Shown here: positions 15,001 through 29,085 of the stretch, one piece after another | How positions within the stretch are numbered: position 1 is the stretch's first letter | Layout of the letters: every line of letters begins with the position of its first letter | Source: Blasia pusilla | Taxonomy: Eukaryota | DNA: 64,000 nucleotides | Assembly (NCBI GenBank): GCA_050084515.1 | Contig: CM114271.1 | Coordinates: forward strand, 12,586,001-12,650,000 | Direction: 5' to 3' | Notes under the pieces: model-generated | What the model saw: the letters and a program-made list of their open reading frames with translations, nothing else | Told to the model about the DNA's origin: nothing | Databases searched by the model: none | Made by a program: the position numbers and the translations under genes

Positions 15001-17084
15001 GTCACTGGGTGAGCGCATTAGAAAATGGTTCAGAGAAATCCAGGGGTCTATTTTAGTCAGAATCGGGAAAGGAAAGCCGCTTCCCCGAGACAAGACAAGA
15101 GCACGACCCGCCACTGCCAACCGTTGTCAGATCGCGCCGAAGCACCGTGATTGGACTTGTAATCGCACTCGCCGCTGCAGCAAACAGGTCCAACGGAGAC
15201 TGGCTGATCGCACTTCCCCAGATCCATTACTGTGGACCAGCATTTGTTGCCAACGGCAGAAGCCGTAGAACACGGGAGCGCCGTGACGTGATGAGGTGAA
15301 TCTTCACTGATATGGTGCTAGAGGCAATCTTTCTTTCTACAGTGGGAAGCGCTCCCAAATGGACGAGAACGGCAGCAAAGCGACTTTAAGCGAGCGATCA
15401 GCGAGAGTCCAAGACCAAGTACCTCCTGTCACCAAAAGTTACTGACGCAGCTGCTACCGTCGTACGAACGATCCCCCTCTAGTCTCCATATCACTAATTT
15501 TGGATGTTGTCCTCACATAACGATCGGTGCGCGCTGCGTACCGAAAGTAAAGTGGTGCAATTTGCGAGTCGGATTCGACGATCGGGAACAAGTCACGCTT
15601 CATGGCCCACGAAATCGGTGCCTTATGGGCGATTCGAGAGCCGGTTTCAGCTTCCTTTTCACGACAACGGCGTCGGAGATGATGTGGATATCCCTCCATT
15701 TCACGGACGGATGGAATGGGAATTCCTCGGCTTTGGTGTTCGTCCATGAAGCCTGTAGTCACGAGTAGAGACGCCTGCGATAGGGCTACTCAAACCAGCC
15801 CGTGATTTGGTACTTAGGGGTCCATTAATATAGGATTAGTAATATGTGGACAATTTTATGAAAACACGACGTCTACTCCTCCTATTTTCTTGCCCATTAT
15901 TTGTAATTTCGTCCAAGGTAACTTTTATTATTATTTTGTCTTCATCGCTTCACTTAGTGGCAGTCTCGTGTCTTTAGGTGTTGTTGATAACGTTTTTGTT
16001 GTTGGTGAGTTTAGTCGATGAGGGGTACCCTCTTTTATTTTTTTGAGCTAGTTGAGGCCTTCGCGTACTCAACGCTTTGAGTCGCCCCTTTTGTTATACT
16101 TTAGATAGGTTTTGCATCACCCCCTTTATGTTGAGGCCTCTTTATTAGTGCAAGTGGTTCGAGACTCACCTTTCTGAGTCGAGGATACTACAAGTGTCGT
16201 AGATCTTCGCAAATAGTTAAGTCTATTGCGTTGAAGGAAGAGAAACCTTGTCACGCGTCAAAGGAAGAGAAACTTGGCGTGATCTAGGAAAGTCCAAACC
16301 AGGACTAAGACGTGTGGCGAAATCGACCGTAAAGTAGGCTAATGATAATCAAGATCTGCACAAACCTTGAGACTAACCTTACGAGGGAAGGTGTTTAGGG
16401 TTTAGGGTCCGCACAAGTTTAGCGTCCGTAGTAATCCATCTATTATTTACATTCTATGAGTTTTGAGTTTATCTCTAGCTTATGATGACCATAACATTTG
16501 TTACGTTGGTAACCATAATGAGTGTGTAGGCCCAACCGCCCACTTCCCACACTCAAGCCCGCCTCGTCTGCACATGATCCCCCGCCATAGCCTCTCCTAG
16601 CCCATACCCCTCCTGCAACCTTGGCCCTGGTCTCGCATGCCTGAAACTAAGTTTCACAGGCTTCTAGATCTCCTTGTTGAATGGCTTGTTCTCCTCGGTC
16701 AAGATGGATCAACTCCTTGTACTTTTATTTGTTTGCCATAGCTAGAATAGTGTTTAAGAACGATAGAAAATGATAGTGGTGAGGAATATTTAATTCAAGT
16801 TAGAGTGTCTTACTATATTATAGGGCTCATTATGGATACTAATGTGAAATACATATTAATAGGGCTCCTTGAGGAGGGTAGCATCAATATGTATAGTGTT
16901 GATTTCCAATGGGGGAAATGAACATGATGTAAGATAAAGTGCTATAAATGGGCTCTTTGTCCAACTACATTAATAAATAGGTTGTATGAGAGACATTAAA
17001 GTTGGCCATAAAGTTAGCCGACAAACAACCTGTAACCTACTCGCGTGGGGGTCTTTTCTTTGGCACAAAAACAAATAAGTCCCT

Positions 17085-17430
17085 CCATGAGACAACCATG
17101 GATGGCCAAGTTTAGACATGGATTGCAAGGGGTGGGACAAGTCCGTGTCCACGAACATGTCTATGTGTGTGGACTTACCTCCGCCCTATCGAAGGACTTG
17201 TCCATGTGGGCCCCACCATCCGCTTCTTTCTCAGTCCCCCCACTTGCCTATATGTTCCATATTTTCCCGTTTCTTCTTCCATCTGCCCCCACCCCGTCCT
17301 CCCTTATTGCCCCACTCGGCCTTACCCTACTTTCCATCATGAACCATAAGTCGGGCACGGTGAAGGAACGAGTGTGGGATGGCATGTTTGCACACATGTT
17401 CGAACTTGCCAGGACATGTCCGTCCCATGG
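17085..17430. repeat. Dispersed ~340 bp repeat (possible MITE), with a second copy at ~42725-43020
   Basis: Colinear similarity by eye (CCCCCCACTTGCC, CTCCCT..TTG, TTCCA.CATGAAC, CATGT...AACTTG). Imperfect inverted ends at 17085-17120 and 17395-17430. Confidence 0.5.
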
Positions 17431-17459
17431 ACGCACAAGTTTATTTTTGTTCAACCTTT

Positions 17460-18120
17460 CCCTATCCATAGTGGCATGGCCTCTCCAATCTTTTAATTGT
17501 TATCAGTTTCCTCTCTTGTTATTGCTCTCGAGTTCTAGTACTACTACCTACATTATGTTCACATACCATCCATAATCTTGTAACTACTCAACATCTTGAG
17601 AGTAGATTTCTTAGGAAGATAGTGGATGAAAAATTTCAACTTAAATATTTGGCACTTGCTCTATAGCTGCAGATTTTAAAGCCTGTCCACGACCTTTCCA
17701 TTACTTTGCTATCATTTCACATCTTTGATGTTTTCTCTAGATTTCAATAACTACTACCTACATTATGCTCACACACCATCCATCTTCTTGGAATTGCTCT
17801 ATAGCTCAAAAGTGGATTTTAGTAAGGTAGGGGACAAACAAGTTCCGCTCTAGTTTGTTACATTTGCTATATAGTTCTATATAGTTGCAAATTTGAACCC
17901 TATCCATGCCTCTCAAGTATCTTCTATTATCATTTTACCTCTATGATGTTTGCTCTAAGTTTCCAATAATATTACCTTCATTGTGTTCACTCACCATCCA
18001 TCATAATGTAATTGATCTACATCTCAAGAGTGGACTTAAGGGAGGTAGTGGACAAACATGCTTCACTTCACTTTCTTGCACTTGCTCTATAGTCACAGAT
18101 CTTAACTCTATCCATGGCCC
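17460..18120. repeat. Degenerate tandem repeat, ~210-220 bp unit, about 3 copies
   Basis: CTACTACCTACATTATG at 17541 and 17751, with variant ATTACCTTCATTGTG at 17971. ACCATCCAT and TTGCT(C/A)TATAG recur at the same period. Confidence 0.75.
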
Positions 18121-21100
18121 CTCTATTATTCCTTTATCAATGCCTCGCCATCACATAGATGCTATAGATCCTACTACATATTCGCTTCACCTATCTGTAA
18201 GATTTCAAGGAAATTCTCTATCCTAACCTTGTCCCACTACTTAAGTAGGCAATAGTGCAAGCAAACTGCGCCATTCCCTAATCCTTAACAAATCCCATCT
18301 TGATCATTATATGAGACAAGAATGCAATAGGAAAGTAGCTAGTAGCAAGTTACCTTGTAGACCAATGAGCTACCTTAAGCCATTTCTTGAGGAGATATTG
18401 TCCCGATGGAAGTACAAATGTGCATCTTTCTAAGTGAAAGTATTGTTGAAGTGTTGGAATGATTCAACGATACTTTCATTTAGCAAGATGAACCTACAGA
18501 ATGTACACAACTTTTTCACAGAAGACTAAACATTTTTGGGGCCCAATTATCCCTTCAAGTCTACAAATCCTAAGGCATATATTTGATTACCCACTAAGGT
18601 ACAAAAAGGTACTCGGTTAAGGTAGCTAACATTGCTAAATGATTTTTGGATTTATCAAGAAGACATACATCGCATAACATCTAAGATTTGTGCATACATT
18701 CCTAAGTTGGCTCTGATTGATTCAACCACTACTTCCATGTATACTAGTAGCTTTAGATGTAACTCATTACTATTTGATTATGAATTATTTTTTAAATACT
18801 CATGATCTCATTAGATATTACAGTTGCAAAAGCAATCATTCAATCCTTACTTCGTGATATATGAGTTATGTATGTATTAGTACTTCTATGTTCAAACATA
18901 TCTCTAGATTTTATCTACACAATATACTAGCATTCTATTGGATAGAGAACTCATTACTACACAAACATAAACTTGTACGGAGTTATGACGGATTTTGTTC
19001 CTTTCTTGATTTCCAATGTTTCCAATTTCACACTTTGCATCTTGGAGATACTCTATTTGATAATAATTGCACATTATACTTTCTATTCTTACATTACAGA
19101 TCAAGCCATATATGATGTTAGCTTTATTGACGCTCGTTCATTTCTTCTATACCATTATTCTTTGTAACTACTCTTAGAACATGAGTCATCTATATGGATT
19201 GATTTAGATAAGGGATAGCTTTTTCAAAAAATTTCTTAGTCCAACTTTAATAATACTCAAGCCCAAATTTATGAATAATATTGTGCATAACTACAGAATG
19301 TGGTTTCCATTTTGGATCAACCATTAAAATTGAGAAAAAAAAATTCTTAACAACTCTCTAGAAACTCAATTGATTATTGGAAACAAGTGATATTACTTGC
19401 TCCAATTACTTATATTGAAGCACATAATTGGTTCAAAAGGACATGACATTTTTTTAATTGGACTAACAATCCCTTTTTTGAATATTTTGTCATTTTGTAC
19501 CTTGTCATTTTGTGAGTCTTTCCTTTCCTTTTCTAATATTTTGTCAATCCACTTCATGCGATTTGTCCAATAATAGTAAACTCTAGTTTGCAAAAATTCT
19601 GAAATTTTCAAGTCAATTGCGAGAACATTGAGAATCCGGAAATTTGCAAAAGACTTACAAATACCTAACATTAATTTTTCAAGTATGCCTCTTAAATTAT
19701 TCGCGCAGAACGACTGTCGAGCATTGCAGCTTGCCACTTCCAATGACAAAACTAAGTCCAAAAAAAAACTCATCTGAAAAGAGTTTAGAAGCACTAAAAA
19801 ATAACTTGCATAGCACTTTCCAACAACTCGCCCAGTTATTTACAAAAAATAAAATATCGACCATAAATTATGCTTTTGCCTTCAAAATCACTCCATTTTA
19901 ACTTTTCCCCCTAACTTTCCTCTTTGAAACATTTCTTTTTTCTTTAATGGAGTCTTTAAAAAATATCAACTATAAGAAATGAATGTGAAAATCAAAGTGA
20001 AAGCATCCCAAAGGTGTAATTTAAAGGAGTCAAATCGACCTTGAAATGATTTTTATAAACCCAAAATTGAGTATAAATTTAATAAAAGAGGAGCAAAAAT
20101 AAGTGATTTGCGAGTGGAAAAAACTAGTACTTTGCCATTCCTCTACGAGTCTTGTGCTAGTCCAAAAAATCACTACATGGGATTTTTTTTGTGAGTTTTT
20201 GCAATTTATTTGCGAGCATTTTGCAAGCTTTTACAAGTGTGGTGCAGATCAATTTTTTTTTACTATTCATATTCGCAAAACTACAAAAAATTTGAGCGCC
20301 ATTTTTCGACCCTTTTACAACTCAACTACGAGTCTAAGAAAATGAATCTTTGAAGCCAAATTGTAGTCACAATTTGCGAGTTCAATTCTCGGGTTTGCAA
20401 GTCAATTACAAGTCTACTTGCAAAGTTACAAGCCCGATGCTGTTATTCTACGACTATAATATGACTAATACTTACAAAATGATTGTGAATATAGTAGTGA
20501 TTTTGTCACACGACTTTTACTTGAGTGAGAGTAGATCGTGCAGCTTAGTAGAAGGGCTCTATAGGAGTGGAGAGGCCATGAGTAAGAGAGAGAGTGGAAT
20601 TGAGCGTTCTTGGTGGCCAATAATCCATCAATAGTATTAAAGAAAAGTTGATTCTAGTAGTAAGTTTTTCCTTTAAAGTCACGTAAAACATCCTACAATA
20701 AGTTTGATATAAGTTCATATAACTAATTACCTATGTTAATAATCTAGTTTTGTATCTAAATTTTCCACATGAATCATGGATTGCTCTCCTAGTTTTAAAG
20801 ACAACTAAAATTCTAGTTGCCTTACACAAAAAAAACTTACGATTACAGAGAATTTCAATACTAGCCAAATATTGTGAATCCCTCTCCTATTTCTTATGGA
20901 GATATAGGACTTTTCTCCACAATTGCTTGTGCAATAACAATATTTCTTTGGGAGTTCCACTGTGATCGACCCTACAATAACTTTGAGGCTTCTCCACGGA
21001 AGCCTATCGTGATGGATCACGTTGAGGATGAGGATCTATTATTCCAAGAAGAATTGACATGTCAATGGGTTCTTCTTCCTCTTGTTATACAGGAAATTCT

Positions 21101-22637
21101 ATCCATTTTCAATCAATTGATTGCCAAAGGATATGCTCGATTTCAAAAATTTAACTTTGAAATTTTGCATCAAACCAACTTTTCCAACATTCTATGTAAG
21201 ACAGTCTTTAAACCTCCTCTATGTTCATATAGGGGAAAGGAATGGGAATTTGGTTTATTAAAAATCCTCTTATAATTTTATCTTATCTTCCATACAGCAT
21301 ATTTTCAATTGTTGTGTTATTACATTTAGGACTTCCTTGTCTTTTAAATATAATTGCGTAAGTCAACATCCCATTGATGCAATGGGTATCCATATGGTAT
21401 CTACCATGCCCTCTCCTCTCAACAAGAGTCAAAATTTGAAATTTCCAGCTGTTTAATTTTGGATTCACACCAAACTTAATTGACATACTATGCATCCCAT
21501 GTACGTGAGTACAAAGACCTATGGTATTGCAAATCACGATATTGGATAAGTGGGTGAGTAATCATGGAACTCAATACGTAATGGCATATATCCCACATAC
21601 CATAGTAGACTTTTGGTGTATTCGCCCAAGTCTTTTAGATGAAACTTTCGCTTTTCACAAACTTTCAGACCATGTAAGTATGTAATCACCACGATAAAAA
21701 AGGAGAAATCCCCCTAAACTTGTAGCCAATCGATTCACAAATCATTTTTTTTCTTCGAAAAGAGTCATATGTAGCAATCACAGGAGACAACACCCCTAAA
21801 ACCGGCATGCTTCATATGCATTATTATTGGAGTGCCTCATATTTCTTTTGAGATCACCTCTCATTTGGCCTTTTAAACTAATAGAATCGTTCTGTCTGCA
21901 CCAATAAGATTGTTAGGATTCAATTGCACAATTAAAATGGATAATTCACAATTAAACATCAGCTATTACTCTATTACTTGATATTCAGACATAAAACTCG
22001 GAACCAATTATATAAACCCCGAAAACAAAGTGATCTCAAACTAACCATGATAACTTTGTTAAGTTCGGGATACACGTATACAACCTTACACCATCGACAT
22101 TTGACTCACTAAGTCGACATTAAACATCTTCACAAATTATTTCTCCTGAATGTGTTATTTTAAGAAACCTTAGTGCTAATCAGATAGCTCCTCTCGATTG
22201 ATATGTGAAATACTAGGAGCACATCTGACAAGCGACTTCAAATGGTGAATCATTGATTCCATTATGCGATTTCAAAGCAATCACGTATTCAATTAACATG
22301 GAGGGTTTATTGACATAAAACTAAGCGCTGATCCTAATTCTACCCTTGGAACCTCTTCGACCAGTGACTTAAACATTGCGTAGGAGGGACTGACACATTG
22401 TGGACTGTGTGGCCCAGGCAAAGTATATCCAAGCTTTCTGAGCTAGTCAATAGATGGGTGGGAAAACTGCACAATCACTGCTCACTTGAGTATTTTCACT
22501 GGCTGAACAGTACATCCCTTCTATGGTAAGCCCTCCACTCACATTTTGCAAGAATTTTCAACTGAAGGAAACACCTACTCTCTTAGTGGCAGCTACATTG
22601 AAATGGAATCGTGCACAAAATTGGTTACAATGAACAA

Positions 22638-25600
22638 TCATGGTGTCCGAGGACCTGTATTTTGAGATGGATTTGTTGAATGGCTATGTGAGTTATCTGC
22701 ACCAGAAGAACCAGCATCTCCAGTGTTTCCTGGGGGACCAGAAGACAAAGAGAACCTACCTGACCCCGAGGTTCCAGCCCCCGTGCGTGAAGAAAATACC
22801 ATCCCTGCATTACCAGAAGGTCCTGGGCGGACTCCTTGCAAAATGGGACCTGTTGGTCTTGGCAAGAGTCCTGGACCTGATGATGGAGGAGCAGAACCAA
22901 GTATTGGAGGCCCAGAGCCTAGTCTACCTGACAAAGGCATGAGTGGCCCACTTCCTATATTTCCATAAGAAGTTGTTGTGCGGGCACTAGAACCTTGTGG
23001 CCAATTACCTGAAGTGGAACCACCAGAGCCAGCAGACGTTCGGTGGCTGGTCCCAGCTGCAGTTCCGCTTGAGACTGCACCTATCGGGGTGGATGACACC
23101 GCAATGGATTCTGTTGGTCTCCGACTGCTTTCTGGCTGAGAACGATTGTTTGAGGGTACAGTAGTCTTGTTGGGTGTCACACTTGAAGACACTGGAAGTG
23201 ATCCTGAGGTAGTGGTTGCTGGTGTAGTAGCAGACACTATATCTCGAGCTGGAGGAGAGGGATCAGAAGAAGTAGATGCTGCGACTGTAGTTGAATCTTT
23301 CATTTCTACATCTGATGGTTTCTCAACAGGTACCTCTGATTGCTCCACATCCATTTCAACAGGCTGCAGAGGTAACAAGATAGGTCATTCCAAGTATCAA
23401 TATCCCAGGCCAAGTGGGTAACTAGCTGCTGCTACCATTATTCGACTGAGTATGAAAACATCTACCCACATATCTGCATCGCGTGCAATTACTAAGCTGT
23501 GACAATCAATAAGTAAACTGAGAAACCTGCTTATCATGTGAGTAATCTCATCCTCACCCAATTCCGGAGTCCCACAGTTCTTTACATCTCTTCTACACTA
23601 CCCTTAAAAACGGATAACGGCACCAACATGAGTATTGCCACATTAAAGCCTTTCTCCACAATGGCCAGGTGATAAGTTGCACTGGGGACAACAAATTGAT
23701 ACCTCATCTTTCACATCTTTTGTTGGCTCAGTTGGCCTGCCCATGTCCTCTTCACCCTCACTTTCATCCTCCTGTACAGACATTCACAGTATCTTGCACA
23801 CTGAGAACTTGAATACACCAGCAGCTAGCATGTCTCCGAGGAAGCCACAGCTATCAAACTTCTTTTGCCTCCTTCCAGGAAAACCATCTATCCTTGCCAC
23901 TCAAATGGAACGTCATCTAGAAAGCTCAATGTAACCACAGCAGATACCCTTTGACATAAGATCAACTTGTCAAAAAAAATTAAAAAAATTAAGAGCTTAA
24001 CGCTTTTAGGCTTGGTTTTGTTGAAAGATCTTCCATGGAATTTCCTCCAATTACCTTAAAACGGTAATGAGGTTAGAGAACTGAAGACCTTTCTGGTCAG
24101 ACAATTGACATAGATTTCTTTACCAAATCACAGGGCACCACAACTATCAAAATTAGCCACTAACAAATAATAAACACAATCCACCGGGTGGTTTTTTTCA
24201 ACTAAAGTGTCCAGTTGAGAAAAGGAGTGCCAGAAAAAATTGCTGAAGTAGTAGTACCTTAAGCATTTATAAGAGAACAATACAGTTTCTTGGTCTCATG
24301 ACTAGAGGGCTAAAGGAGGAACCTTGAGTAAGGAGAACAATAAATTCAAAACCTGTTCATGATTAGCTGGGAGACGCCTGACAGACGCTGGTTAACTTTC
24401 AGTCCTGTCATTATGTTTTATCCGCGAACAAACAAGAATAGGAAGTAGGGGAGAACAGACAGGCTGTGAAAATCTTAATGACGATAGAGCAGGAAGCTTT
24501 GTCTCTACCTATAACCTACCCCAAATAACACAAAACTCTTATCAGACAATTGACCACCCCGTTTCCATGGCAGCACCAAAAGGAACCTTTACAACCAAGA
24601 AAATACATTCATGTACTAGATTTTACTGGATTTGACCTGATTTTAAGCTTCAGGACCGTTCTCATTTTCATTTAGAATATCTTGAATTCGCTTGCCCTTT
24701 CCTTCCTCCTCTCTTAACCATGTACAGACATGGGAGAATATACCCAAAAACAATCATAACTAAAAAAGCCCTTTTTCTATGTTCTGGGTAGACAGAAAAA
24801 GGGCTTGTTTTCACTCTCAGGTTAGGTTTCTTACCCCTGACGCAGCTTCTGCAGGTTCTTCCTCTTGCTTCACTCTGCTTGCCACAGATGGCTCTGGGGG
24901 TGGTGCAATACCCCCTCTTCTGTGCACACCAACCAGTTGCAGCATGGATGTTATACACAGCACACAAAAGTCGTACAAAAACAAACCAGATAAAGATTTT
25001 CTTCACACAGACTTCACCAGCTCATAACCACTATGAGATGGTGAGATCATGACTAGATTCAACAGCCCAACTACGATTGGTAAAACCAGGGCTACACACA
25101 GAGGTTCGCATCGCAGGTGTCCACAAAATAGTAGCTGGCCTATAGTGTCCTAAATTGTTTTCCACTTAGAGATCCCTGCCTAATCAGGTCCAATTTAGTT
25201 ACACTTTCAGCCACCTCAAACAAGCCAGCAGTAATGTAACTATTACTGGTGAACTTAAAGACCCACAAGGCCAAGGCATGCTAAGAGGCATTCACCTCTG
25301 CATGATAAAAGGTACCTTGCAAATGCAGGTTCACTACTCTTTTGATCATGGTTTCTTCGTGTAGGCTCTCTTGGGTCTCCATCTTCTGACTCTGAGTCTG
25401 ACAGCTCACCATCCCAAACACGGCTTTTCCCTCTTACATCCATGTCCTCTTCTTCCTATAACACACATTGAACAAGAATCATGTTTAGCTCAATGAGCGG
25501 TTGCACCAAAAAAGCCAGTGCTCAATCTGCAACTTGAACTCCAACCAAAATAACATTCCTTCTGGGTGAGCAAGGGGTATTGTTTTAAGTGTTGCAGAGC

Positions 25601-28600
25601 TTTTTCTCATCTCATACTCAACTTTTTACCTCATGTTTTTCATTTCCTCTAAGCATTCCCAAGCATGCGTATAACATAAGTGAAGCATGGATACAAACCA
25701 GACCCAAAACAATGGGTGTGCTTAATTTTCAGCCCAACTTCCTACATGATCGTAAAAGATAAACAGGCTGCGGAATATTATTAAGCTGAGAGGAATCTCC
25801 CTAAGCAGATACTCAAGAGACGCCACATCCAATATTCAAAAATCCTTGCCATGGATAGGAGATTCATAGACTCACCAATCTCCAGAAACGTGTTTACATT
25901 GGATTAGTATCACCAGGAGCTGGGTCACAGAGGATTGAGAGATAATATCTCTTGTGCAGAAGCTTTATAATTTAGTCAATGGACAGTTTGAGCCAAACAA
26001 TTTAGGATAGGATGAAAGGCATACCTCTTCAGGAAGCTCAGAATCAGGTGGCCTCTCATGGAATTGGACACTTGGCACAGCATGCAGCTTCGACAGATTA
26101 TCAAGGAGCCTATCCCTGCATGGTAATCAACATTTGGAGGTCTTTCAGTGGCTTGGGGGAGAGCAGAAAATAAGGCTCAGGCTAATTCTCCAAAGATTAC
26201 ACTTAATTTGAGGGCTCAACTAAAGGTTTCCGACATATCCTACATGCCTCCTCTCTCCCCACTTATTTGGTACTTAGAATATGGGCCCAGACAGACCCAA
26301 GCAACATAAATTGAATCATCTTACTCAAATCTTTGTAACTGAGCTCTAGCATTGCGGCATTATCATACAGATGTCTCAGTTCTCGTGTATTCTTCAGAAA
26401 TTGACGACTTCACTCCTTGTTCTGTCGAGAGATCACACTGTCCTTAAGGAAAACACCAATGATATAGCAGCTGCACAGAAACCCTTCTTATACATGCCAT
26501 CTTTCTAATTAATGAAATTATCCTCGACTCCCTTGGATCATTCTGCCTGAAGGAATGATTTCATTAAGTGAGATTGGAACAAAACAAGTTACACCGACCT
26601 GATGGAATCAAGATAAGGCTGTGAATTTTGATTCTCCATGTTGCTGGGTGCCACATGAAGAGTATAATCTGGTCCAAAATACTCGTAGTAGTCATTATAA
26701 GGCATTTTGTCCTCAAGTTCCACACCCACGGCCACCCCAGTCTGCGACTCCAGAATACACAGAGCACTTACATTATCCTCCAACGACCAATTCAGAGAAA
26801 CAAAGCAGAAAGAAAAGTTTTATTACTAGAGGGAGCATCACATACACTAGCAGTTCTAAACCTATACCAAAGGTTGGAGTGGATGTCCAGAAGATCGTCA
26901 ATAAAAGCAAATCCTTATAAGTGAAACAAGCTGTAATTCCTGCCTCGCTGTTTTTGTCTAACAGTGATGTAGGAATCATCAAAATCACAAGCATCCTACA
27001 ATTGTTGCTAATAAAACTACAGTACCAAGTACCCTCCGACCCAAAACTCAGAGTCAGACTGAAACCACAATGCAGCATCACCCTCTGAATATAAATTATT
27101 TGCTCACTCCAATAAACCCTCACTAGATGTAACAATAACTATGACAATTGTTCACTCAAAGGAATGCATCCCTTCTACCATTGGATACCTCACAGACCTT
27201 TTCTGAAGGCCTTTTGAATTGACCTTACAAAAATACGTTCTTGTGAACTGTTCTGGCCTGAAACCCCATCATTGAACACTCATCCAGGAATAAAATATGG
27301 CAAGAGATTTTGAATACAGAAAAGAAGGACGATTAGAAGGCCACAAGGTACCCCAAATCGTTAAGTGACAAAGAGAAACACACCTCATAACACCAACAGC
27401 GTGCAACGTTGCGAATGGTATAACCCCCTCCTCCTACCAGTAGGAGCGGAACATTGAAAGAGCGCATAAACCTTACACACTCTGCATGCCCTTTCACAGA
27501 GAGGTTGAAACATCCCAGGCGATCTCCCGAAAGAGAGTCTGCTCCGCACTGCAAAACGACTGCACCTGGCTGGAAAATCTCCATCACCTTGGATATGATG
27601 GGCTTGAACAGAGACTGGTAGCTATCATCATCTATGCCGTCGTTCAGTGGAACATTCAACGAGTAGTACTTCCCTTTGCCATAACCGATGTCTCTCACAT
27701 CACCAGTTCCTGGAAAGTAGTCTCCAAACTTGTGAAAAGATACTGTCATCACACGGTCGGTTGTGTAAAAGGCCTCCTCCACACCATCTCCATGATGAAT
27801 ATCAATATCAATATACAAAACCCTCTGCATGAAAAGAACAACCAGACTCAGCACTCACCATTTGGACTTCCGCATTCACCAAGACTCAATTCTAGGAGTG
27901 CAGAGGTTCCCCCACAGATCTTGAGGCACAGGTTTTATCCTACACATCAATAAAAACTACACCCACCCTCATTCCCAACTCAAAAACCTAGTTCAAGGAA
28001 CCACACAAGCTAAGAGAAAAAAAGTGCTGCCATTGCCACATCCACACTCGCAGTGACGATATCAACTGGCCTCACATGCCCGTAAAATGCTTGCTAGTAT
28101 ATCCACCCCAGTGTATGCCTGCAGACCATTGCATTACAACTCCGGGGAGCTTGTCGGACGCAATAAATCGAGCAACACACACCAAACCACACCACACCCC
28201 ATACGTCCCCGCTAGCGCTACGGCGGCTCATCTAGCATATCCCTGAGATTGAATTTGTGCAAGAAAGACTAACGCAACCTGACACTATCCACACTCGAGC
28301 CATGACCGGTACTACGACGGAAGTTCTCAATGGCACACGGCAGTTGGGTGCTAGTCTTTCCCTTCAAGCACGGGACACCTCCCAAATATTGCTAAAACCG
28401 CAAAAAACATCATGGAAAGCATATTGGCTTCTCTCAACCGCCACGCCACTCACCGGATGACACTCGACATATCCCAAAATGCACAAACGGATATCTTCTC
28501 AAGACTGAGCAGAAATTAAGGAAGGTAGGGGGACTAGGACGCGAGCTCGCTCACCGGATGATACTTGAGAAGTTCAAGGATGGCTAGCACAATATCATTC

Positions 28601-29085
28601 ACGTAGCAAAAGCCCGAAGCCTCGCACTTTTTGGCATGATGCAGGCCGCCCGCCCAGTTTATGGCAATGTCAGAGTGGCCGTGATTGAGCTTAACTGCAC
28701 CACCCACCGAGCCACCAGCGTATGTCTGGCAGAAGGCGTACAATCCATCGAACACAGGACAATCCTCTCCCACGTTGAATCTTTTCAGAGCGCGCACTTG
28801 TTCATGCTGGGTCTCGGGCGTCACAGCCCGCAGGAAGGCGACGTAGTCATCTGCATGGAAGCGGCACAGATCGCGGTCCCTGGCTGGATAGGGCCTCAAC
28901 ACTTCCATCTTGTGATGTACTCCATAATGGACTAGAAGACTGTGAGCCATTCGGATTCTGTGCGGCTTCATTGGATGGCCCTGTCCGTAGTAGTAGTTAC
29001 CCACCTCGGAATCATAGAAATAAGCTACCCGTCGTTTCCGTCCCTCCGGTCCGGCAGATAACGAATTCCCCGCCTGGTCCATCAT
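22638..29085 (-). CDS. HDA19-like: Class I (RPD3/HDA1 family) histone deacetylase, HDA19/HDA6-like, 8 exons, predicted 741 aa
   Basis: GT-AG exons: 29085-28555, 27824-27384, 26741-26599, 26115-26025, 25455-25316, 24919-24835, 23771-23703, 23363-22638 (2226 nt, open frame). Motifs: [79 protein letters not shown]. The last three exons are less certain than the catalytic core. Confidence 0.95.

Noticed and set aside
16393-16408. Interstitial telomere
   Set aside because: Only two TTTAGGG units, an ordinary telo-box-like motif.
18300-21540. Possible decayed LINE C-terminal (zinc finger/RNase H-like) remnants
   Set aside because: Too degenerate, and no diagnostic motif could be read confidently.
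22640-23421. Plus-strand ORFs over the HDAC last exon
   Set aside because: Antisense shadows of a low-complexity coding exon.
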